The notes beneath the pieces were generated by a model. It was not told the origin of the DNA. It made no database searches and saw only the letters and a program-made list of their open reading frames with translations. The position numbers were made by a program, and so were the translations under genes. From Ignavibacteriales bacterium (GTDB lineage: Bacteria; Bacteroidota; Ignavibacteria; UBA10030), in assembly GCA_016192345.1 (NCBI GenBank), contig JACPUH010000037.1, positions 11,293-75,292 on the forward strand: a stretch of 64,000 nucleotides of DNA, in the 5' to 3' direction. The stretch's first letter is position 1, and each line of letters begins with the position of its first letter. Below are positions 28,895 through 37,377 of this stretch, piece after piece.

Positions 28895-28928
28895 TTTCTC
28901 TTCGCGGAGATTCGTGCAGATTAGTGGG
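28895..28928. repeat. Intergenic repeat family B, copy 2
   Basis: 29/34 identical to 3480-3513. Confidence 0.6.
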
Positions 28929-28965
28929 AAAAAGACGCTGAGTAATTACAATTTCTTACTCAATC

Positions 28966-29898
28966 TCACTCGGTCGGTTTCAGCCGGATCGGCTGTGTTC
29001 CGGGAACAAGGTTGCGTTTTAGAAAAATTCTTTGTCCTTCCCTGCCGGCGAGGAACGTGACGAAGCCTGAGGCCAGAGACCCCTGTGGTGCTTTCGCGTA
29101 CACATGGATTCCCCGCTTCAACGGGTAGTAGTTCCGATACACGTGAGCGGGGTGGGGGGGATAAAACTTGCCGACGGTTTCAATGGGAGGGGGAAAGATC
29201 GAGTCGGCTCGCACATCGGGCTCTGCGATTTCAAGGACTTTGGCGGGGACGCGGGCTGAGTCGAGCCAATCGAGATCCGCAAAGCCTATCGAGAGAGGGT
29301 TCTGCACAACGGATCGAAGCGTCTGAAGGTTTGAGGATGTGTGTAGGATTCCCGTTCCCGGACGTTCTCCCTTCAACAATCGGCCCGCGAGGTATAAACC
29401 CAAGTCCGAGGAATCCTGGAGAAAGACGGTGATGGGCCCTTTCGCGCCCTCGGGATGGGAAAGTTGCTCCCAGCGCTTCAGCCTGCCGGTGAGGATATCG
29501 AGGAGTTCGGGAGTAGTGATCCGTTCAACAGGATTCGTATGGTGAACGACGGCGATGGCTGCGTCGTACGCGATCGTGATTTCGGAGGGGACAAGCCCTT
29601 GATTTGCCATTCGTCCCCGTTCTCTTTCATTGAACGGTCGGGTGACGACGATGCACCGGGCTGTGTCGGCGAGAAACCGGTCGATCGCCTCATCCGAGGT
29701 GCAGAGGTCATACGTTACCATCGCCCCGTTCCTGGCGTAGATTGCCATGAACTCCCCGACCTCCCGCTGCATGGCCGGCGCAACAGACTCCGAAACAAGA
29801 ACGTGCAGGGTCCCTTTGGTGGGGGTTTCCGGTTTCTCCGCTAGGCAGCCGCCGGCAAGAATTACCGGAAACAGGATCCAGGCTCTCATGGAGGTCAT
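28966..29898 (-). CDS. PstS-like periplasmic binding protein (PBP domain), lipoprotein
   Basis: Lipobox LAGGC; ETPTKG.L...ES, IAYDA.IAVVH..NP, YPL.R, ASGFVTFL...GQRIF. Confidence 0.82.
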   Translation of the reverse strand: MTSMRAWILFPVILAGGCLAEKPETPTKGTLHVLVSESVAPAMQREVGEFMAIYARNGAMVTYDLCTSDEAIDRFLADTARCIVVTRPFNERERGRMANQGLVPSEITIAYDAAIAVVHHTNPVERITTPELLDILTGRLKRWEQLSHPEGAKGPITVFLQDSSDLGLYLAGRLLKGERPGTGILHTSSNLQTLRSVVQNPLSIGFADLDWLDSARVPAKVLEIAEPDVRADSIFPPPIETVGKFYPPHPAHVYRNYYPLKRGIHVYAKAPQGSLASGFVTFLAGREGQRIFLKRNLVPGTQPIRLKPTE

Positions 29899-29910
29899 TC
29901 TTCATCCCTT

Positions 29911-29943
29911 AATAAAAAAGGCACCCGGGAATATCGGATGCCT
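29911..29943 (-). terminator. Intrinsic terminator after the 1498-aa gene
   Basis: Minus strand AGGCATCCG-loop-CGGGTGCCT followed by TTTTTATT. Confidence 0.7.
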
Positions 29944-29951
29944 GATGAAAC

Positions 29952-29983
29952 GGCCTGACAGGTTTTGAAAAACCTGTCAGGCC
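29952..29983. repeat. Perfect 14-bp-stem palindrome (REP-like)
   Basis: GGCCTGACAGGTTT-TGAA-AAACCTGTCAGGCC. Confidence 0.7.
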
Positions 29984-30000
29984 TTTGAACATGATGGTCG

Positions 30001-33000
30001 TTACTTTAACAACACCATCTTTTTTGATTGCACATATCCACCGGCGACGATGCGGTAGAAATAGACGCCGGTAGAGACGCTCTGACCGAAGGAGTTCCGG
30101 CCATCCCACCGTACGGTATGGCGCCCGGGGTTCCTGTCCTCACCGTTGAGAAGCACCACAACTTCACGGCCAAGGAGATCATAGACCCGCAGGTCGACCG
30201 GCAACCGCTCAGGCAGCGAGAAGTTGATGTTCGTTGTCGGGTTGAAGGGGTTCGGGTAGTTCTGGCTCAACGAGAAGGTGAGCGGAACGTTCCCATCCTC
30301 CACATCGGTGACCGTCGGCTGCGTCCTGTCCAACTCGCGAAGGATGATGGCATCTGCCAGCAGCGCGAACGTGTCGCGACGGGCAAAGTTCGTCGTGCCC
30401 GCCGGATAGGTTTTACTGACTTCCGCCGTGTCGTTCTCCAGGCGGACGTGGCCGAAGAAGGCCTGGCCGCCGGCGACATCACGTCCGCCGCGCAGGAACC
30501 AGTGGTTGCCAAGATTAATCTCGATGACATTCGACTGGCCGGGGACCGGTGCGCTGTTCTGGCTCACCACCGTATCCCTGGTGACGATGCCCCCCGTGCT
30601 GTAGACCTTGTAGCGGGCTGCCGGACTAAACCTGGCGCCACCGCGCGGGATTGTCACTGCAACGTTCATCAGGACTGAATCGGGGAACGCCGGGTCGGTC
30701 GGAATCTGCGGGAACCACTCCACTCTCGCATTGCCGTTAAAGTAGAGCGGTGCGAGGTGTCGGGTCTTGCCACGACCGATGATGTTGTCCGTGTTGTTTG
30801 TTTCCACCTGCCAGTTGGTCATCCGAGTCTTATCCCACCCGCTCAGGTAGAGACCGCCGCGGGCCGGAGTGAAAGAAACCTCCTGGTCGCTTCCATCATC
30901 CTCGATGGCATAAATCCCGCCGATACCATTTCCTGCCACGGGGATCAACATGATGGAATCGCGCGTGGAGTTTGATCGAATCTCAAGAGTGTCGATGTAC
31001 CCGTTAAATATCCGATCGGGGACGAACTCCGTTGTCAGCTTCAACTCACCCGTCAGGGCCCGGAGGAAGATCGGCGTTGCCGGCGGGGAGACAAGCTTAA
31101 AGAAGCGGCCATCCCGGAACTTGAGGCTACTGATGACAACCTGGGACTCACCACGGCTTCCGACCAAAACTTCCTTCTTGTTCGCCTTCCCATCGAGGCC
31201 CGCCGGAGTGCGATAGCTGATATCACCAAACCCGATCGTCGTGCCTTGGATGACATTCACGCCGATCAGTGCGCCGGAGGGGACTTTGCGAACCCGAAGA
31301 AGATCGGCTCGCAAGAAGCTTCCGGATGCGGTCGGATCCAACTCGGTTTGTGCATTTCTCTCCAGGGTAATGGAAATCGGCCCGCCCGGAGTCAGGAAAA
31401 ATGTCTTGGCGGTTCCACCGATCTGCAGCCATGTGTGGGTGGAAAGTGTCGTGGCGCTGAAGTAACCGCTATCCTGCGGGACACCGAAGGTGTGTACAAC
31501 CCTCGTGAGTGTGTTTCGGTACCCGTTGGGTGATCCCGCCGGTCCGCCATACTCCAGAATGTATCGTCCTTCCGTCGAAATCTTACCAAGCACGATTTCG
31601 GGAAGTTCGAATTCATAAATTGCCTGGTGGGGAAGAGTCGCTGTCCCACCGACGTTAACGCGGCTGCTGATGTTTCCATTCGGGACCGGATAGGCAATCG
31701 GAGACCGGACGGAATTAAGGAATGCAGTACCGGCAACTTCCCGGTAACGCGCAATCGTCTGAACAGCAGGAGGCCCGGGGGCACGGAAGTGAGGTTCGGC
31801 TCCACCGGCACTCGCGTTCATGATGAAATTGTAATTGACCCCTTCACCGATCAAGGGGATGTAGGCCTGCGGCTCGTTGCTGTCGTTGCTGTAAATGACC
31901 AGGGAGTCACGAGCGGAACCTTCCTGGAAGGGGGAGAATGCGAGCTCGATGTCTGTCCATCCGCCCGACTCCGTTCCGTCCTGGTTCACCGCCAACGGTG
32001 GAATGTTCAAGGGGAGGGTCAGGTTCTTTGTGTAGAACCATGGCACCGGCGTCGCCGTTGCGAAAAGCCTGATATCGCTGATGACGAGCGTATCGGAGCC
32101 GAGGTTGAACAGCCTATAATTCTTGACAAGCTCATCGCCCAGTGTGATCTGACCGAAATCTTCAAGCACCCTCACCGGCGCAAAGTCCACCGTGCGGCGA
32201 CCGAACTCAAGGTCGGCACTCTGTGAGGAGCGAAGCAGCCGAATGGCGTCGACGCGCATAAAAGCGCCGGATTGAGCATCTGCCCCAATAGTAATCGAGG
32301 CCGCATTCGGTCCTACGCCATCGATATTATGGAACATGATGGGAAACCATGTTCCGTTCACTCCGACGACGTTGTTCTGCTGCATACTGTAGCGTATGCT
32401 GTCGACGATTCCGCCGACGCCAAATTTCCGGAGATGGACGTAGTAGCCGGTGCCCACGTTCGCACTGTTGAGGATGTAGTGATAAATCAGGTACGGTGCT
32501 GTCTTGTCCACGGTAAATGTCCAACGAGCAGACGAACCATTGGGAGATCCGTCAAGGTTCGGGGACCGGCGGTGGCCGGTCGTCGTTCCACCGAAATCGA
32601 GGGTTGAGAGGTTTTCCCAGAACGGTCCCGTTTCCGCATAGCTTGAGTCGTTGCTCTGGGTCGGGAAGCCGTTGAGGCCTCGCACGTTATCCACGGTGAT
32701 GTAATTGGCCGGATCAATAATAGTCTGGTTGGTTCCGGTCCCGAGCAATGCGATCTTCCGCGGGCTGGTTTCCAACGCCGTGTAGGTATGGTTGATCAAC
32801 AGTGTATCGCGCAGGAGGCCGGCGATTGTTGGATTAAACCGGAGCTCAATACTCACGCTATCCCCTGCGGGAAGCTGGGTGACCAGCGTATTGGATTGAA
32901 TGGTAAAGTTTGTCCCTGAAACCAGGGCAAGCGAGCTCAATTGATAGGCATTCGCGGTGCGGTTGTAGAGTTTGATGGTCGAGTCCTTGGTCGCCCCGAT

Positions 33001-34497
33001 ACGGAGGTTTCCGAAGTTTACCGCTGCAGCGGAATACTGAACTGCCGATGCGACGCGTCCCAAAACGGGGAATCTGCCCGGCGTCGCTCCATGGAATGCC
33101 GAATAGACCAGGATCGTATCCGGATGCGTGGAAGCGAGGTTGGGCAATGTGTCGTTTGCCGTAAACTGAATATCCACAAACAATGTGTCCCCTGCCGCGA
33201 CCGGAAGATTCGTCGTGCCGGAAGTGATCTGGTATTTGCCATCGTTCTCATCGAACCGGAGGCTGTCGATGGTCAGGGCGACATCCTGGAAGTTGTAAAT
33301 TCTCAAGATGCCCTTTGCGGTGTTGCCAAGCCCGACGGTGCCGAAATCGTTCGTCAAGGCATTGGCCCCGTTCCGGAGCGTTACTCGTCGTGTGCTCCCA
33401 CCTTCTATGAGCATCATCACGCGGTTGCCGCCGGGGATGGTGTCGTTCGTCCAGACCGAGATGGTATCGCGGTGGACTGCCGCAAGTGTCTTCGGTTGAT
33501 AAATGAATTGCAGGATCCTGTCGGCTGAAACGGTTGCGGCGTGGGTATAGGGGGTCGGTGTAATACTTCTGAAATGGGGACCGTTGAACGTAATGCTGTC
33601 AACACGGACGGCGGGGGCACCGACCGTCAAGTTTCGAATTGTTATTAAACCCACCTTACTGCTATCGATGCCTACCAGGGGGTTCAAGGATCCCTTGTTG
33701 GCACCTGCGTTCAATGCGTTAACCCGGACCGAGTCTTCGTTGTCGAGGTTGACTGCGGCAAGTGAAAACCGGAGATGTCCGTGGGAGCGGCCGGTCAGAG
33801 AGAGCGTTAGGGGGGAGCTCCCCGTCAGCGAGCTGTTATGCACCACGCTCATCGTTGCCCGGTCGCGTGTGGCTGTGGTATTCAGGAACTGCAACATCAC
33901 CTTCACGCTATCCTTTCCTGCAATCGTCGCCGGTGTCGCCAACAGCGTGGTGAAGGAGGCGTGACTGAAATCAACGGCAGAGACCGTCACAGCAGCAGAA
34001 CCATCGTTCTTGATGGTGACGCTATCCAAACGCGGGGATCCGGAGAGGACATCGGTAAACGCGAGCGATGTCAACACGGCCCCGGTTCTCGGATTCGTGA
34101 TGCGCAGGGGGTTGGTCCCCGTCCCGCTCAAAGGGATCCTGAATGCCTGCTGGCTGCTGCTGTTGTGTGTAATCCTGACCGTATCGGGGATTGACCCGAG
34201 AGCGGCCGGAGTGAAGGTGACCTTGATCTTGACGCTGTCATTCGGAAGGATAAGAGCCGTCGGGTTTCCCTCCACCGCATAGGACGTGGTGTTCTTTGAG
34301 ATGCCCGTCAGGCTGAACCCAAACTGTGTGGTGTTCTTGACGTAGAAACTGTCCGCTTTTGACGTGAGTCCGATAACGTTGCCGAAAGCGATGCTGGACT
34401 TCGTTGTTGTCAACTGGGCGAAAACGTTCGACGTGGCCAACACACAAAGGGCCAGGCCGAGGATGCCCGTTGAGAGCGATCGTATCAGTCGTTCCAT
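30001..34497 (-). CDS. Large T9SS type-A surface protein with multiple choice-of-anchor-D/ASH Ig-like domains and three golvesin/CBM-like modules
   Basis: Signal peptide; repeated FG.V...I.N...F.P...DT..I..N....L.G.G units; modules ending VDAIRL, ADLLRV and ADAIIL; QNYPNPFNPTT CTD. Confidence 0.8.
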   Translation of the reverse strand: MERLIRSLSTGILGLALCVLATSNVFAQLTTTKSSIAFGNVIGLTSKADSFYVKNTTQFGFSLTGISKNTTSYAVEGNPTALILPNDSVKIKVTFTPAALGSIPDTVRITHNSSSQQAFRIPLSGTGTNPLRITNPRTGAVLTSLAFTDVLSGSPRLDSVTIKNDGSAAVTVSAVDFSHASFTTLLATPATIAGKDSVKVMLQFLNTTATRDRATMSVVHNSSLTGSSPLTLSLTGRSHGHLRFSLAAVNLDNEDSVRVNALNAGANKGSLNPLVGIDSSKVGLITIRNLTVGAPAVRVDSITFNGPHFRSITPTPYTHAATVSADRILQFIYQPKTLAAVHRDTISVWTNDTIPGGNRVMMLIEGGSTRRVTLRNGANALTNDFGTVGLGNTAKGILRIYNFQDVALTIDSLRFDENDGKYQITSGTTNLPVAAGDTLFVDIQFTANDTLPNLASTHPDTILVYSAFHGATPGRFPVLGRVASAVQYSAAAVNFGNLRIGATKDSTIKLYNRTANAYQLSSLALVSGTNFTIQSNTLVTQLPAGDSVSIELRFNPTIAGLLRDTLLINHTYTALETSPRKIALLGTGTNQTIIDPANYITVDNVRGLNGFPTQSNDSSYAETGPFWENLSTLDFGGTTTGHRRSPNLDGSPNGSSARWTFTVDKTAPYLIYHYILNSANVGTGYYVHLRKFGVGGIVDSIRYSMQQNNVVGVNGTWFPIMFHNIDGVGPNAASITIGADAQSGAFMRVDAIRLLRSSQSADLEFGRRTVDFAPVRVLEDFGQITLGDELVKNYRLFNLGSDTLVISDIRLFATATPVPWFYTKNLTLPLNIPPLAVNQDGTESGGWTDIELAFSPFQEGSARDSLVIYSNDSNEPQAYIPLIGEGVNYNFIMNASAGGAEPHFRAPGPPAVQTIARYREVAGTAFLNSVRSPIAYPVPNGNISSRVNVGGTATLPHQAIYEFELPEIVLGKISTEGRYILEYGGPAGSPNGYRNTLTRVVHTFGVPQDSGYFSATTLSTHTWLQIGGTAKTFFLTPGGPISITLERNAQTELDPTASGSFLRADLLRVRKVPSGALIGVNVIQGTTIGFGDISYRTPAGLDGKANKKEVLVGSRGESQVVISSLKFRDGRFFKLVSPPATPIFLRALTGELKLTTEFVPDRIFNGYIDTLEIRSNSTRDSIMLIPVAGNGIGGIYAIEDDGSDQEVSFTPARGGLYLSGWDKTRMTNWQVETNNTDNIIGRGKTRHLAPLYFNGNARVEWFPQIPTDPAFPDSVLMNVAVTIPRGGARFSPAARYKVYSTGGIVTRDTVVSQNSAPVPGQSNVIEINLGNHWFLRGGRDVAGGQAFFGHVRLENDTAEVSKTYPAGTTNFARRDTFALLADAIILRELDRTQPTVTDVEDGNVPLTFSLSQNYPNPFNPTTNINFSLPERLPVDLRVYDLLGREVVVLLNGEDRNPGRHTVRWDGRNSFGQSVSTGVYFYRIVAGGYVQSKKMVLLK

Positions 34498-34551
34498 AGT
34501 AAACCTCCTACAGGAAGGGGTGAAGGAATGGTGAAATGTACACCGTACAGG

Positions 34552-35028
34552 TCACTGTTTTCGGACCACGACGTGGAGCGGGTCCGAGGGTTGTCCGATA
34601 AAATTGTCGCCGCCGTTGGGAATGATCTTATAATAGACATCCAGGCTGTCGAAAATGAACCCGTCGTTTTGAATGATGGCACTCGTATCAGAGTACGAGG
34701 GGAATCCCAATGCAGGTTTAGAGATGATTTCAAGAGGCACATACGCTGCTGCCGCAGTGTCATCGATGCTGCGGGTCAAGTCCCAGGAACGAATGTTCGT
34801 GTTCTGGGTGTCGAAGGTCCATGTGACAAGAATCCGCCGTTTCCCTGAGGATGTTGCCCCGATGGCGCCTTGAAGGTTTTGAACAGCCGGGACTCGAGTA
34901 AAATGAGTGGGGGTGATGAGGTCCTGCGGTTCCGTGCAACCGGCTATAAGAAGATACAGAAAAATGAAAAGAAGGCAAGGGAAAAAAATGGGATTTCTCA
35001 TATGAAATATTCTGTCCATAATTATCAT
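34552..35028 (-). CDS. Lipoprotein, FnIII-like (start possibly 35001)
   Basis: Lipobox LIAGC; P.V.NL...VTW...YSD...YYKI pattern; co-oriented within the operon. Confidence 0.7.
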   Translation of the reverse strand: MIIMDRIFHMRNPIFFPCLLFIFLYLLIAGCTEPQDLITPTHFTRVPAVQNLQGAIGATSSGKRRILVTWTFDTQNTNIRSWDLTRSIDDTAAAAYVPLEIISKPALGFPSYSDTSAIIQNDGFIFDSLDVYYKIIPNGGDNFIGQPSDPLHVVVRKQ

Positions 35029-35031
35029 TTG

Positions 35032-35622
35032 TTAGAAGCGAACGGTCAGGGCCGCATTAAGCCCGTTCCTGGTGTCGGGAACGATGGCGAATGTGGCCCG
35101 GGGCGTGTTTAGAAGCCCAAAAGGTTTTTCTCCCCGATCGTCCGAAAAAAGGATGATATCCACCATATTCGCAACCCAGAGACCGATGGCGACTTTCACG
35201 AAAATATCGCGCCGCTTGACGTCTTTACCGAGAATATCCTTTGTGCTGACCATCTTCGACCAAACCGTATCGGCCCCGATGTAGGATGTCGCCGCGGAAT
35301 ACTGCACCTTCAACTCGTCCAGGCGTTCGTTGCGTCCCACGATATTATTCTCCGAGAGTCCGGCCATCAGGGCACTTGCGACCGTTCCGATGGTGAACGC
35401 GGCCCCCTTCTCCATGTGGCCGAGATAAGTCTGCCCCGCGCCGGGAATGACCGCCGAAAGGATCACGCTCATGACCTTTCGCTCCGTCCACGGATTCGAA
35501 GTACCCTCCTCCTGGACTGTGCTATCGGGGGCTGCGACGGGCGGATTTTCCTGTGCGATCGCGGGAAACGTGAAAAGACACGCCATGAGGAAGAGGAAGA
35601 AAAATCGCATACGTTGTTCCAT
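35032..35622 (-). CDS. DUF5683-like membrane protein
   Basis: Signal peptide; LSAVIPGAGQTY.G...KG and WVANMVD motifs; terminal VRF. Confidence 0.7.
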   Translation of the reverse strand: MEQRMRFFFLFLMACLFTFPAIAQENPPVAAPDSTVQEEGTSNPWTERKVMSVILSAVIPGAGQTYLGHMEKGAAFTIGTVASALMAGLSENNIVGRNERLDELKVQYSAATSYIGADTVWSKMVSTKDILGKDVKRRDIFVKVAIGLWVANMVDIILFSDDRGEKPFGLLNTPRATFAIVPDTRNGLNAALTVRF

Positions 35623-35684
35623 AGTTATATTGATTGAAAGTTATTGTTGCGCACTACGAGACACCTCGAACCCGGCTACGGACG

Positions 35685-37190
35685 TTACTGCTGTGCCCTC
35701 AACGCGGTCAGCGCGTACGCAATCACGTTTGCCCCGAGAGCATACTGATCCTGGAATTCCGGATCCTGCTCATTCCACATCATGGAGTATCCTTTTGACG
35801 AAACGACCGCCACCAACTGGTCCCGCCAGAAGAGACCTTGCAGGTAATTACGCTTCTCCGGCATGTTTTCGATATCGTCCATCCCGCGCGGCGGCGTGTC
35901 TGTCCGTTTCCACGCCTTATAGATCAGGTGATCGTTCGGCACGGGCATGACCCGGACCTGCCGGTCCACCTTCGAGCCGATGTTCTGCATCATGGCGACC
36001 ATTTGGTCGAAGTAGGGATAGTTGGAAGAGAAGGCGGAGTTGTCGATGAACAGGAATCCCCCGCGCCTGATCAAATTGGCAAGGGATTGAATTTCGATAT
36101 CGGCCAACTGGGGTTTCGAAGGTCCACAAAAGATGAACGCCACCTTCGCGTTCAGAAGGTCCGGCGATTCGATGGGGGTGGTCCGGAGATTCGGGCGGAC
36201 CTTCAGGCTGTCCCGGAGGAAGGTTGCCAGCGCGTTGAGCGCATTGGGTTTCGCGTTCCAATCCTGCTGGACCGCAGCTCCTTCTTCCTCTTCCACTCGG
36301 TACCGGATCTGGTGCATCTCGAACGTTCTTCCTCGGATGGAACCGGCGACCGTCCCGCCCTCAGAGGCGTTGTGTGCCGCCAGCAGGGTATCATGGACCT
36401 GGGAGGGGGGCGTGAAGTCTCGCTCGTTCAGGAGTGCGCGTCGGAAAAAGAACTGAAGGTTGACAAATTCGCTCGGCTCGTTATTCTCATCGTATCCGGT
36501 GATAAAATTGTTCATCACAAGCTTGATCCGGTCCACCGACTCGTGAAGCGGGTCATACACCACGATGCCTTCGCGGCTGTCACCCTGGAAGATCGGCCTG
36601 CCCAGATACAGAACGGTCTGGCGCACGATCCCCATCCTGCGTTCAAAGATCTCATCCTCCACGCCGCTGCTTCCCTTTCGTTTTCTAAAATATCCTTCGA
36701 TGCTTTGGTTGCGGCTCGATTTTTCCTCACGCCCATACCCTGCCTGGATGTCCCCCCGATCGCTCACCAGGAAGGACAGTTCCGGGTCATAATTCAATTT
36801 CGCCGAAGCATAATTATAAATGCTTACCTTGAAGACTGAGAACCTGTTTGGCGTAAATCCCAGTTGCGGGTCGGTCCAGTTTGCATACGTGAACGGGTTG
36901 GCGGAAAACTCGCCGTCCTTGGAATCATCCGGGAACTCGTAGTTGTTCAACTGGTAGTCCGGGAGGTATTTCACCTCCACTTTGAATGACGTCCGGTCAT
37001 ACACCACCGAAAGACTGTCACGGCTGATGGTGTAGCTCGTATCGTTCGCCAGGTGGAGCAGTTCGGGATCGGGCTTGAGCGTATATTCCAATCGTTCCGG
37101 GGGGAAAAAGAGATAACGGTACGCCGGATCGCAGCCAGCCATGATGAACGTCAGACAGCTTGTGAAAAGAATGGTTCGAAGCAGGTTCAT
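35685..37190 (-). CDS. Lipoprotein with C-terminal DUF4159 domain
   Basis: Start 37190, lipobox MAGC; W...P.AL..L, GGFLFID, P.DH.IY, YLQG....QLVAV.S.KGY, LGANVIAYAL. Confidence 0.8.
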   Translation of the reverse strand: MNLLRTILFTSCLTFIMAGCDPAYRYLFFPPERLEYTLKPDPELLHLANDTSYTISRDSLSVVYDRTSFKVEVKYLPDYQLNNYEFPDDSKDGEFSANPFTYANWTDPQLGFTPNRFSVFKVSIYNYASAKLNYDPELSFLVSDRGDIQAGYGREEKSSRNQSIEGYFRKRKGSSGVEDEIFERRMGIVRQTVLYLGRPIFQGDSREGIVVYDPLHESVDRIKLVMNNFITGYDENNEPSEFVNLQFFFRRALLNERDFTPPSQVHDTLLAAHNASEGGTVAGSIRGRTFEMHQIRYRVEEEEGAAVQQDWNAKPNALNALATFLRDSLKVRPNLRTTPIESPDLLNAKVAFIFCGPSKPQLADIEIQSLANLIRRGGFLFIDNSAFSSNYPYFDQMVAMMQNIGSKVDRQVRVMPVPNDHLIYKAWKRTDTPPRGMDDIENMPEKRNYLQGLFWRDQLVAVVSSKGYSMMWNEQDPEFQDQYALGANVIAYALTALRAQQ

Positions 37191-37303
37191 GAGCCTATGA
37201 TCGTCCAATCTGATAAGTGAGATCGTGCAGCCGCCGGGGTTTTCTCCCGTCGATTCCACGCGCCATTGTTCCGCACGTGAGAGACCATCTCAAAAAAATC
37301 TTT

Positions 37304-37347
37304 TGCCACAAGAAGGCTCATTTGTGCTTCTTGTGTCTTTTTGTGGC
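37304..37347. repeat. Repeat family A, inverted pair
   Basis: TGCCACAAGAAGG...TCTTTTTGTGGC. Confidence 0.5.
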
Positions 37348-37377
37348 CATCCTTCTTGTCCAATATTGAAACCCCAT

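Noticed and set aside
28966-29898. Phosphate ABC (Pst) system
   Set aside because: No pstC, pstA, pstB or phoU; only a PBP-fold lipoprotein of the exbBD-associated type
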